This document shows positions 40,001-51,530 of a stretch of 64,000 nt of DNA, piece after piece. Every line of letters starts with the position of its first letter. Positions within the stretch are counted from its first letter, which is position 1. A program made the translations under genes and the position numbers. The stretch is from Eledone cirrhosa (lineage: Eukaryota): positions 57,970,001 to 58,034,000 of the forward strand of contig OZ024744.1 of the NCBI GenBank assembly GCA_964016885.1. Direction: 5' to 3'. The notes under the pieces were generated by a model. The model made no database searches. It saw nothing but the letters and a program-made list of their open reading frames with translations, and was not told the origin of the DNA.

Positions 40001-42321
40001 ATCCTTCGAGCATGTGCCGAAAATGCTTAACCGAAAGATAGGTTGCCAAGAGATCCCTGCCAAAGGTACTGTATTTCGTTTCTGCCGGTTGCAACCGCTT
40101 AGAAAAGAAGGATAAGGGTTGCCACACGCCGTCGACATGTTGTTGTAGAACGCCTCCAACCCCTGTGTCTGATGCGTCCACTAGCAGCGAAAGAGGAGCG
40201 CCAGATCTGGGAAAAACGAGCATGGAAGCGTTTGCCAACATTTCCTTCAAGCGGTTAAAAGATGTTAATCCTTCCTCGTTTAGAGTGATCTCTTCGTTTT
40301 TGCGAGTCCGGTTACGAAGAAGGTCCGTGAGGAGTCTGGCTGCGTCGGAACAATGAGGGATAAAACGCCTATAAAAATTCACCAGACCGAGGAATTCACG
40401 CAGTTTCCGAAGTGATGTAGGTGCGGGAAAACTGCGGATAGTTTCTACTTTCTCGGGAAGTGGACGAATGCCGTCTTTATCGATGATGTGCCCGAGAAAG
40501 GACAGTGAAGGAACGCCGAGAAGGCACTTGCTGGGGTTGATGATGATACCGTACTCAGCCAAACGTCGGAAAAGGAGATCTAAATGCTTCTCGTGTTCAT
40601 TCTCGGACGCACTTGCTACCAGTACGTCGTCAATATACGCGTATACGAAGGTATCTGGTTATATGCACGCACCAGATCTACCTTGGAAAAGATACATGCG
40701 CCTTGCAGAGAGGCAGAAAAATCGTGCAGGTGAGGTACAGGGTAATTATCGGGCACTGTAGAATTGTTAAGTGCACGATAATCCCCACATGGTCGTCAAC
40801 CATTCTCGTTTTTTTTTTGGAACAAGGTGTAGGGGTGCAGACCAGTTGCTGGAGGAAGGGCAAATGATTCCGAGGTCCAGCATGTATTGGAACTCCTGCT
40901 TGGCGATTCTCAATCGGTCTGGAGGCAGTCTCCTTGGTCGGGCAGCTGTGAGTGGTCCCTTTGTCTCGATGTGGTGCGTGACACTATGCTTAATGGGACC
41001 ATCCTTAAATACCGGGCGAGTGATGTCTGGGTATTTCTGGAGAATGCCGTTGTACCGCGAAGGCTCTGACTGGCAAATTACAGGGCTCACTGTGGATTGC
41101 GTGGTAAATATACCTCTCACAATGAGGTTTGTGGTGGTGTCGATAAGCCTCCGGTTCTTCATATCCACCAGAAGGTTGAAGTGGTGGAGAAAATCGGCTC
41201 CTAGGATCGGGGTCGGCAGGTCTGCCACGACGAACACCCATTGAAAACGACGCCTCAGGCCTAAATTGAAGGTCAGAGACTTCTCCTCGAAAGTCGGAAT
41301 TGACGATTGGTTCACTGCCTGCAGAAAGGACGGGGTTGGGTGTCTTTTTCCCGAGATTAGTGAAACCGGAATAACACTAACCTGGGCTCCTGTATCCATG
41401 AGGTAACGGATGCCTGTCGCCTGGTCGTTAATAAAAAATAAACGACTTTTCTTTTCAGTACCAGGGGTGAACGTCGTCGCTAGACCCTGGGTGGCATTCC
41501 GGAAAGAGCACGGGGCTTTGCACTTAGATGCCTGTGCGCCGAAATTTGTGTGATACCAGCAGAGGTTGCCAGGCACACGATTTTGACTGGAACTACTGGA
41601 TCTTTGACTGTGAAAAGGCCTGGATCGATTGTTGCTGCGTCGCCGGTGTGTTTGAAATGTCAGCTTCTCTACTTGATTTGAGAGGGCTTTAATTTGACCA
41701 GCCCGCTCTCTCATCATAGCCCGCAGCTCTGAAATCTCGGCCTCTGTCGTTTGTAACATGTCCATGTTGATATTTTCTTAGGTGCTGTCTGGTTGCGCGT
41801 TCGACTCACGTTCGGGTCACCAATTGTAGCGACGTGGTTATTCAGTCGAGTCACTACTTCTGATCAGATCCGGGAATAGCCCTTAGAAGGACTCTTATCG
41901 CATACGGTCTGATCAGATCTGAAGGTAGCCCTTAAAAGGACTGTTGTCGCATATAGCCCTTAAAAGAACTGTTGAGGATGGACAGACGAAAGCACAAGTT
42001 GAAAGGACGAAGCAAGGCGAGATGTAAATTCGATCAGCTATTTATTTTCACATGAAGCGACGATACGGGGTACAAGGCGTGTGAGTGACAAAGCGTGGCA
42101 GAGTAAAGGAACAACGATGTGCTAGTTGACTCTGCCAAAAGTCGACTAGCGAAGTGTTGGGAACCACTCTATTTATACAGGAACAATCCTTTGTTGTTTA
42201 GTCGATGTGTAGGCGTTTATTCTGGTAAGTTCTAAGGGTTCTTTTGTTTCACGTTGAAGTAGCTAGCTAACAGGTAAATGGCGCTGTATATTTCACAGAT
42301 GTTATTTCCGGTGGCTGTACA
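37077..42321 (-). mobile_element. Ty3/Gypsy LTR retrotransposon, CsRn1-type, internally deleted
   Basis: LTRs TG...CA at 37077-37575 and 41825-42321; TSD TATA; PBS TGGTGACCC; PPT-like GGCAGGGGGC; Gag Cx2Hx9Cx3C, protease DTGA, RT YIDD, RNase H DAS/TDHKPL/ADALSR, integrase HHCC and GPY. Confidence 0.95.
38529..41765 (-). pseudogene. Gypsy gag-pol with frameshift, stop and an RT deletion
   Basis: ORFs 40767-41765, 39267-40562 and 38529-39233. AYNQIP is joined directly to FVYAYIDD near 40650, so the MPFGL region is missing. Confidence 0.9.
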
Positions 42322-42339
42322 TATACATACCTATACACG

Positions 42340-42724
42340 CCAACAACAACCCTGAGTACCTTTTTGATCTCTATGTGTCTAACACACGTGGACATGCCTA
42401 CAAAATCAGAAAACAGCACAGCTCCCATGACTTTCGTAAATATTTTTTCACGCTCAGAGTTGCTGAAGCATGGAACAAACTGCCTGCGTCAGTTGTTAGC
42501 TGTTGGGACACTGCATCCTTTAAAACACTCATGCTCCCGAAATTCGCCAAAACTACACCTGATGTACCCCTTCCACACACATGCACATGTGTATATCATG
42601 ACTCATGCACTGTTCATTTTCCTGACGTTTGTACATTACCCTATGTACTATACATACACTTTTGATGAGTTGTAGTGCACCTGAGCACTGTACACAATAT
42701 TTTCATTATTATCATTATTATTAT
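42340..42724 (+). mobile_element. CR1-type LINE 3' end
   Basis: TRGHAYKI...RKYFFTLRVAEAWNKLPASVV followed by a (TTA/TCA)n tail. Confidence 0.8.
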
Positions 42725-44125
42725 ACATACATACACATATACACACAAACAAATACATATATATATATATACCTACACACACGCACACGCACACATATAT
42801 ATATATACACATATATATATCCCCCCTCCCTACATGTGTGTATATACATACACGCGTAAATATATATATACATAAATATGTGTGCTTACATATGCATATA
42901 CATATGTGCTTACATATGCATATACATATACATACATATGCATATACATATACATACATACGTGCGCGTACTTTTACATGTACATGCACACACATACATC
43001 CACCTATACATATATACCCATGCACACACGCATATATGCACTCACACCCAGACTGATGTACGCGTATACACGTACTCTCATATATGAGAATAAACAGTAT
43101 AAAAAATACAGAAATATAAGAAAAATATACAAGATATAAAATCATATAAAAAATATATAAGAAATATAAACTGTATTAAAATATGTGGAGGGTGTATACA
43201 GCAAGCACATGGTGTTGTCCATAGAAATGTTACGTGAGGGAAATACGTGCAAGGTACGAAAAAGTACATATGGGATTGCGACGGTTAATGCATGCACCAT
43301 CTCACATGACGGTATATAGGTTCGTTGACACACTTTGATGTACATGTTGACAGAGTTGGCATTATGGTGCTAACGTAGATTAAACAAAATTATATATGGG
43401 GAGCTCATAGGAATAATGTAAAGGGTATACCCAGAACATATATAGAAAATACATACAGAATATATAAAAAATATATTTAAAAAAATATATAAAGAAAAAT
43501 ATATTTAAAAAATACACATTGGTTTGTACATGAAAACATACATAAGGTGTTACATAATGGAATGTGTGGAGAAGATATACACACTACTTAAAAGATACAT
43601 ATGTAGGGAGTGTGGGAGAACAGCCTATGTTACTATGGGTGAAATAGAGTGCCTTATTGATGTATGATACGCGATTGATTATACTCATGGTAATTGAGCC
43701 ACCGTGTCCTGGCTCCTGCGACGTCGTTGCTTAAGATGAGGTGCTGAGTCTAATGGGCAGTATAGATTGTGTCGATTTACCCCACAGGGCATACATAATC
43801 ATCAAGGCATGGTGTCTGTTCCCTTGGACCCGCGCCGCCACCCAGACTGACGTCTGCTTCCCCGTATGCCTTTAGTTTGGGCCATCCGGTGGTGTCCATG
43901 TGGAGAGTGTGCACCTTCTCTGATGTCTGCATGCCATGATAATCTCCGATTTCAGGTTGACTGCATCACGCCTTGACGTTCAGTGGGCTGCTTCCAGTGG
44001 TCAGAACTATGATGACGTCACAAACCAGTGACCAATCCAAGGATGCGCAAACAGGATGAAGGCGAATGATATAGTCTCGTAAGATCGGAACCCTAGAGAA
44101 AGAGGATTTGCTCCGAAATCACTAG

Positions 44126-44218
44126 ACGTGTCTGAGGAACCTGCGAATCCAGAGTCAGGTTCGATCCACACACAGATCGCACCTCGAGCTGTTCGCCGGG
44201 GAAACAATTGTAATACGT
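44126..44218 (+). ncRNA. HHR with ~61-nt extended stem II and palindromic stem III
   Basis: acgtgt-CTGAGGA-a-[cctgcgaa...aggttcgatc..gatcgcacct...ttcgccggg]-GAAA-caattg-TA-atacgt. Confidence 0.78.
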
Positions 44219-44259
44219 AATAAATTGAGTTCCGATGAATCACTGATTCTTCATTTTTC

Positions 44260-44317
<58 letters not shown>

Positions 44318-44405
44318 CGAAGGAAATGTGGTAAGGAACCAGGTGGACCATAACGCACCAAAGTACTCAATACTTGAGGTAGTAGAGTGGGTAATAGGAA
44401 CCAGT

Positions 44406-44443
<38 letters not shown>

Positions 44444-45052
44444 GGAAAAGTAAACAAGATAAAGAAAAATTTACCTATTCACTTTCATGTCCCGACTGCA
44501 GTTTTGAACACTGTCAGAAATCTCCCTCGTGGTTCAATAAAAAATTTGGCTGAATTGAACTGCTTCTTCTAACACCCATGTTACTTGCCATTGTCCACCT
44601 ATTGCTGCTCTTCTGTTGACCGTAAATCACGTAATAATTCTTCCATTCAAAATAATCGCTGATTGTGGTTAACTCAGAAGATTTTTTTCTTGACTGAGAA
44701 ATTCCCAGATGAGTTGAGATTTCTCACAGGGTTCAAAACTGAGGTTACTCAATGAAAGTGCAGTCGAGACATCAATGTATGTCTATGTACATCTATACTT
44801 GTGTGTGTATATATATATATATATTTATATATATTTGTGTTGGAGCTCTGAAATAGTGATGTATATATGAATGTACGTATTGTATATTTAATAATATAAT
44901 GTACGTTTTAAATAAACATACAGTATATTATTAAATATACAATAACGTTTATAAGAGATATCAACATGAATGGACCTGTTATTTTTATCTAAAGACATTT
45001 TTTTCCAATTCCAACCCGCCCGTCCCCTCAATCTATCTTATTTCTCATTCTT

Positions 45053-45088
45053 TCTTCTGATGAAGGACTAGCGTCCGAGACGTTAAGA
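45053..45088 (+). ncRNA. Minimal PLE-type HHR with mutated core (GAGA)
   Basis: tctt-CTGATGA-a-ggac-tagc-gtcc-GAGA-cg-TT-aaga. Confidence 0.6.
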
Positions 45089-45144
45089 CCCTCTTCCTGC
45101 TATATCAAGCGTTAACCTAATATATCCCGCTGTTTACCTTTTAT

Positions 45145-45180
<36 letters not shown>

Positions 45181-45692
45181 TAAAATCTACATTTTCATAT
45201 TATAAATACTACCAGGATTGAACGCCTGTCTCTATCCCCGTTTGATTGTCAAAATAGATATTAACATTCTTTATTAGTCTTAATTCTATCAACTCTTCTA
45301 TTATTTACCTTTTAATACAAACTGCTATAGATAAAATGAGATTTCTGATTTCTTGATTCAATTCCCTAATGCATATACCAGCTGGCTACTAGCATTGATG
45401 TTATTTAGTAGCAATCGAAATCTCCCCCTTCCCCAATTAACACTTTATAATTAATACTACTGCACCAAATGACCAGCCCTGTCCACTGTCCAGTTGGTCA
45501 AGTAGAGATTAAAATTGGCACTCCCAAAATTCTTATTTAGATTTACTCATGGTATTCTCATTAGAAACCCATTATATACTTGTTTAGCAGTAAATTAATT
45601 TACCATCTGTCATATACTATCCCCTGTTTCTTCCTCTTTTACTAATATAAATACTTCAATTTTTCTGATTTTATCCAATTTATCCAAAATCT

Positions 45693-45801
45693 CTGAAGAA
45701 GTGACAACTGATTATACATTTGCTATCGAATACTTGCTAACATTATATGATTACGCAAGCAGCGATACATAGGTATTCAGTCTGTTACAGAAACATATGT
45801 C
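45693..45801 (+). ncRNA. HHR-like motif with ~89-nt stem II; stem I decayed
   Basis: CTGAAGA-a-gtgaca...tgttac-a-GAAA-catatg-TC, with nested pairings ctga/tcag, tatcg/cgata, cttgc/gcaag. Confidence 0.55.
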
Positions 45802-46019
45802 AATACCTAATAAATTCCTTTTTTAAAAAAAAGCACTTTCATTTTATATTCATCCTTTCTACATTTTCTCCGGAATATAATTTATACTCGTTGAGCAAAC
45901 CTGCACGTACGCTGTTCATCTCTAACGTAACGATATATTATCACTACATTATTGATAACCTGAAATTTTATATATATATATATATATATATGTACATAAA
46001 AGGTAAACACGTATACATT

Positions 46020-46838
46020 TAAATCAGGACAAAATTTTACTGTAAAAAATCACTTCACTTGCTCATCAAAAAATCTAATTTATGCCATTAAATATAAAGG
46101 ATGCAATGAAGATTATATAGGACAAACTAAACTCACACTCAGAAACAGAATGACAGTTCATCGCCAACAATTACGAGATCCAACCACGAGACAGATACCA
46201 CTAAGTGCATATCTAGACATATGCGCAAGTAATAAGACACCCAAATTCCAAGTCTTCCCATTTTACCTTTGCGCTAACAATACAACAGGACAAATGCGAA
46301 TAAATAAGGAAAATATGTTTATTCAAAAATATAGACCAACATTAAATATGGTTTAATATACATTATGTCAACACCATAATATGACATACACACACACACA
46401 CACATAACACCTTCTACTTTAGAAAATAAAAACCCGAACTAAATAAACCTTAACATACGTTTGCACTGATAATACAACAGCAAATACGAATAAGTAAGGA
46501 AAATATGTTCATTCAAAAATATTCCTACTAAAGGAATCACTTTCCTACACACACACATACACACACACAATATATATATATATATATATATTCTCCTCAT
46601 CTTAACATGCTAACCATACTCCCACACACATAACACCCATACACACACATAACAACCTCCACACCCACAACTCCCTCCCCATTTCAACTAATAGAACCAC
46701 TTTCCTACACACATATATATACACACACACAAAATATATATTCTCTCCATCTTAACATACTCGCACACACACACATAACACCCATATATACACACACACA
46801 ACTCCCTCCCCCATTTCTACTAATAGAATCATCTTCCA

Positions 46839-46929
<91 letters not shown>

Positions 46930-47961
46930 AGCACACAAATAAACATACATATCTTCACTTCAATAGAAAATCTGAACTCTGACACCCCAGCGAACTAACC
47001 ATATTCATTGAACTAGAACAATTCTCCCAATCCCATTTCTCTTGACCACTATCTTTCCATTGTCATAACATTCGCTATAAAGGCTACAGAATAGTTTTCC
47101 AAATAAGGGCGCAAAAATGTAATGAAAACTTGTTCACGTGACAGCCAAATTTCATTTATAACCAATCAAATCACGTTTATTAAAAAAAAGCCTTCGTGAG
47201 CCACCTTTTTTTAAAGTAAAGAAATTCAAACACACACACACACAACACACACACACGCACACACACACAAGCACACAAATAAACATACATATCTTTACTT
47301 TCTTTATTCAATAGAAAATCTGAATTCTGACACCCCAGCGAACTAACCATATTCACTGAACCAGAACAATTCTCCCATCCCTTTCCCTTGACCATTATCT
47401 TTCACTTATCAAAAAATTCTCTAAAAAGGCTACAGAATGGATTTCTAAATAAGGGCACAAAACTTTAATGAAAACTTGTTCACGTGACAGCCATAATCTC
47501 ATTTATAACCAACCAAAAAAAAGCCTTCGTGAGCCTCTTTTTTTCAAGTAAAAAGAAATTCAAACACTCATATATGAAAAAAACAACCTGTGACAACCCC
47601 CCCCCCCCCCCCCCCCTCTTATTTGAAGAACTATTGTAACGCGAACTGGCGCGAAATTTATTATAATTATTGACAAACCAATCAAATTACTTCTCGAAAC
47701 ACCTGGCTTTCGAGCCACTTTTTCCATATAAAACAAGTAACATTTAGAGACCAACCAGATGTGAGAAAAACCACAGACCCTCCATCTCAACTCACCTTTT
47801 GAAAAGCAGAAGAACTGCGAAACCGGTAAAGGAACCAAATAAATATATATATTTTTAAAAAAAATAAGACTCCAGTTGCATTTTCGATTTCATCTCTTTT
47901 TCTTTATACTTTCACTCGTGTAGGATACCTCGGTTATTTTTCATTTTGTAAAAAACCTCAC

Positions 47962-47965
<4 letters not shown>
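46020..47965 (+). mobile_element. PLE 3' fragment (GIY-YIG, possibly Naiad-like) with internally duplicated UTR and U3-A8 HHR
   Basis: FTCSSKNLIYAIKYKGCNEDYIGQTKLTLRNRMTVHRQQ at ~46054-46356; duplicated block ~46920-47215 / ~47265-47545. Confidence 0.75.
47795..47832 (+). ncRNA. Minimal HHR, U3-A8 core variant
   Basis: cctt-TTGAAAA-gcag-aagaa-ctgc-GAAA-ccgg-TA-aagg; all stems perfect, palindromic stem III. Confidence 0.75.
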
Positions 47966-48028
<63 letters not shown>

Positions 48029-48031
<3 letters not shown>

Positions 48032-49332
48032 GGTGGGGCATAATTCCTGTTACAAAGTTTTAAATCAATTTAAAAATACATTATGTTGCTAATATAACTA
48101 ATATATTTGTATCAAATCCATGCACTATAACCATATTAACTATTTTTCAGAACATTACTCCATTAACAATTTGCAATGTCCATAGAATTGAAAAGAAAGT
48201 TCATAATAGAGAAGCATGAAAAAGGCCTGACTCCACCCAAGATATTTAAACTAGGGAAAATTCTTAAGATCAATAGAATGTTGATCAAAAGGACAATCGA
48301 TCGATTTAAGGAAACTTCCTCGATCAAAGACAGACCTCGATCCTGTCGCCCTCGCACCTCAAGAACACCAAAACTCGTTAAAAGTGTGAGGGAAAAAATA
48401 AGGCGTAATCCAAGAAGGTCCATGAGAAAAATGGCAGAAGAAGCAGAAACATCGCCGAGAACTATGCGGAGGATATGTCGAAATGATCTGGGGATGTCAC
48501 CCTATAAGTTCCAAAAGAGGGAACTTCTTTCTGCAGCCACAATTGAAAAGAGGCTCTCCAGAAGTAAACTGTTATTGAACTGTATCAAGGATGGCACGCT
48601 GCAAAACATCATCTTTACAGATGAGAAGTTATTCACTGTGCAGCAGTCTCACAATCATCAAAATGATCGAGTACTTGCAAAAAGTCTCAAATCAATTCCT
48701 TCAAGTGTAGCAAAAGTGTTCAGAACACAGAAACCAGCATCAGTGATGATTTGGGCAGCCATTTCTGAAAGAGGTAAGTCTCCTCTGATTTTTGTGCCTC
48801 AAGGAGTTAAAATTAACAAAGAACTTTACATAAAGGATATTTTGGAAGGAGCACTGATGCCATGGTGCATATCTGTTTATGGCGATGACATTTGGACTCT
48901 CCAACAAGATGGAGCGATGAGCCACACTGCTTGCATAACACAACAGTGGTGTAGAGACCATTGTCCTGCATGGTTCAGTAAGGAAGAGTGGCCTCCCACA
49001 TCACCAGATCTCAACCCTCTCGATTTTTCTTTATGGTCAATTCTTGAGAGTGAAACCTGCTCTACTCCTAGCCTAAATATTGAAACTCTAAAATCAAAAC
49101 TGAATAAAGTATGGGAGAAAATACCCATGGAAACTGTTCGTGCAGTCATCGAAGACTTTCCTAGAAGACTTCCAGCGGTGGTGAGAGTTAGAGGAAAGCA
49201 TTTCGAATAAATTTTTGTGCAGTTGTTTAATAGTATATTACTTACTATTTGTTGAAGTCAGATCTTGAAATAAATGTTTTTTTCAAGAACTATTTGCATT
49301 TTATTTTGTAACAGTTTTTATGCCCCACCCTG
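48029..49332 (+). mobile_element. Full-length Tc1/mariner DD37D (maT-type) transposon
   Basis: 26-bp TIRs CAGGGTGGGGCATAA(TTC/AAA)CTGTTACA with TA on both sides. Confidence 0.95.
48176..49210 (+). CDS. DD37D transposase, 344 aa, uninterrupted
   Basis: HTH region with RPR, FTDEK, QQDGA, SPDLNPLD; 37 residues between the second and third Asp. Confidence 0.95.
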   Translation: MSIELKRKFIIEKHEKGLTPPKIFKLGKILKINRMLIKRTIDRFKETSSIKDRPRSCRPRTSRTPKLVKSVREKIRRNPRRSMRKMAEEAETSPRTMRRICRNDLGMSPYKFQKRELLSAATIEKRLSRSKLLLNCIKDGTLQNIIFTDEKLFTVQQSHNHQNDRVLAKSLKSIPSSVAKVFRTQKPASVMIWAAISERGKSPLIFVPQGVKINKELYIKDILEGALMPWCISVYGDDIWTLQQDGAMSHTACITQQWCRDHCPAWFSKEEWPPTSPDLNPLDFSLWSILESETCSTPSLNIETLKSKLNKVWEKIPMETVRAVIEDFPRRLPAVVRVRGKHFE

Positions 49333-49339
49333 TATATAT

Positions 49340-49868
49340 ATATTGGTAAAAGGAAAAGAAAATGCTGACAAATTGTTCCCAGTGAAAAATAGTTTAATTA
49401 GGAATAAGTAAAAATTAGTAATAAGTATTGGTTAGTATTCAGTTTTGGTTTTAAGTTTTTACCGGTTGCGCATTTCTAATGCTTTTCAAAAATAATTTTG
49501 AGATAGAGCGCCCGTGATGTTTGCTCTAATCTGATTAATTTTGGAAATTCTACCTGTTTTATGTGAAAAAGGTGGCTCCAGATGTATTAAAATAAGTTTC
49601 CCGCCAATTCGTGTTGCAAAAATTCTTGTGGTCAAAACAATTTTGATTGGTCGGTAGAGGTCATGTGAATGTTAAAAATTGATTTTGCGCCAAATGTAGG
49701 TTTGTCTCGGCTGATTGAGAAGTCACTGAAAAATAAGTCTTTTAAGACAAATATGTGTGTGTGTGTGTGTGGTAGTAAAGAGGTTCATTGTTGTGATAAT
49801 GGTCAGTAGGGATGTATGTGTGAATTGCAGTCATGTTGACAGGTCAACAGTTCAGGTGCCTATTAAGA

Positions 49869-49966
<98 letters not shown>

Positions 49967-50300
49967 AGTGTAATTCGTGGTAGAGGGATCGGTCAGTAGG
50001 AATGTGTCTGTACGTGTGTGGGGGATATTTTAACATGTTAAAAGATATTTTTCAGCTCTTGTCTTATACGGAGAAGTGTATATGTGTGTGTGTATATGTC
50101 TCTTTGTATGTTAGTGTACGCGTGTGTATATGTATGTGTGTGTGTGTGTATATGTGTGTATGTGTGTGTGTGTGAGTGGACCAGTATTTTTGTGATACTG
50201 GTAAAAATGGTGTACATTATTCGTATATGTTCAGTAAAAACGATTCTCTCAAGAGAACATCTTGTGAGTTCAGCATTTTCTTTTCCTTTTACCAATATAT
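49340..50300 (-). mobile_element. PLE-derived non-coding element with short inverted termini and decayed U3-A8 HHR (49456-49493)
   Basis: ATTGGTAAAAGGAAAAGAAAATGCTGA at 49342 is inverted at ~50270-50297; 49440-49620 is a diverged reverse complement of ~47630-47840. Confidence 0.6.
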
Positions 50301-50432
50301 CATAACTCGTGTGTTACACCTCTATTCTTTTAAATATATATATATATATATATCAAAGGTATATATTGAGTTAGGAACTCAAAATAGTCTCTTACAATAA
50401 AATAGCTCTAAGAAAGAGATATTTCTAAGCTG

Positions 50433-50945
50433 TATATTATAATTGAATATAAAAGAAAAACGAACACAGATATATACATATGTGTTCAAATCGTAAGGGA
50501 CCAGATTCGCTAAGGTGGAAAGAATACTAACTATAGACAATAGGGTTTGCCTGACTCAATTTAAGAAAAAATCAAGAAAATAAATACAAACCGGAATTGT
50601 GGTAACTACCAATCACCCAGACAGCTCTTGGTGCTGTTTCGCAATATTAATTATGAATAGAAATACCAATTCTTGCTCATCAGTGGGTGAAGAATTAGTA
50701 TGCTAGACACTTCTAAGTATATTAAGAAACTGAATAGTGTGCTATATATAATAACGCACATGGTATCTTAGCGTGTCTCTTCCGGTTTGTATTTATTTCC
50801 TTGATTTTTTCTTAAATTGAGACAGGCAAACCCTATTGTCTATAGTTAGTATTCTTTCCACCTTAGCGAATCTGGTCCCTTGCGATTTGAACACATATAT
50901 GTATATATCTGTGTTCGTTTTTCTTTTATATTCAATTATAATATA
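50433..50945. repeat. ~163-bp-arm inverted repeat enclosing an HHR
   Basis: 50433-50596 versus 50780-50945, few mismatches. Confidence 0.9.
50613..50690 (-). ncRNA. Type I HHR with full stem III
   Basis: Minus strand: tcaccca-CTGATGA-gcaa...ttgc-GAAA-cagc-accaaga-gctg-TC-tgggtga. Confidence 0.85.
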
Positions 50946-50964
50946 TATATATATAAATATACAT

Positions 50965-51005
<41 letters not shown>

Positions 51006-51079
51006 TGGTGTTGGATGCTTAAAGCGTCTGTATGCGGTAGGCCGTATGAGCACTCAATGCCCTCGTAGAGCAGAGTATG

Positions 51080-51219
51080 ATATCATAGAAAAAAGAGAAT
51101 CAGTGTTGCGACGAAAGGAATTTATTGGACATTTTACAATTGTTTCTCGGGTCACCCGAGAAACAATTGTAAAATGTCCAATAAATTCCTTTCGTCGCAA
51201 CACTGATTCTCTTTTTTCT

Positions 51220-51226
<7 letters not shown>
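51080..51226. repeat. Near-perfect palindrome with 73-bp arms
   Basis: Centre at 51153 (ctcgggt-c-acccgag); one G-T mismatch near the base. Confidence 0.95.
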
Positions 51227-51259
<33 letters not shown>

Positions 51260-51464
51260 AAAGTTTTATTTAAGATTGTTGGGTTACAACGAGTAAATAT
51301 TTTATAACTGATATAAAAGCACTCAACAGTTTCTGGAGTAGGTTTACGATATTAAACAATACATAAGCTGTTTTATAAATCAACTTTTTAAATCAACTTT
51401 TTAAAAGGAAGTTGCATTATTACAAGGTATGTCACTAATTATTTATAAAACAGCTTATGTATTG

Positions 51465-51530
51465 TATTTTGTCTGAGGAAGGCATAACATATTTTTAATA
51501 TGATATCCCAGAAATATATATAACGAAATA
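51465..51530 (+). ncRNA. Type I HHR, palindromic stem III (TATATA)
   Basis: tattttgt-CTGAGGA-a-ggcataacatatttttaatatgatatccc-a-GAAA-tatata-TA-acgaaata. Confidence 0.65.

Larger units (their letters stand above)
36516..44265 (-). mobile_element. 5'-truncated PLE with inverted ~300-bp pLTRs, split by nested Gypsy and CR1 insertions
   Basis: ~36516-36812 is the reverse complement of ~43966-44265. Minus strand at ~43960-43905 encodes NLKSEIIMACRHQRR, resembling the GIY-YIG C-terminus NKKSELFSNCLH of the 62080 ORF. (TA)n on both outer sides. Confidence 0.65.

Noticed and set aside
46360-47960. SECIS element as reported for some Naiad PLEs
   Set aside because: No convincing ATGA..AA..GA stem by eye and no in-frame TGA in the fragment; SECISearch would decide.
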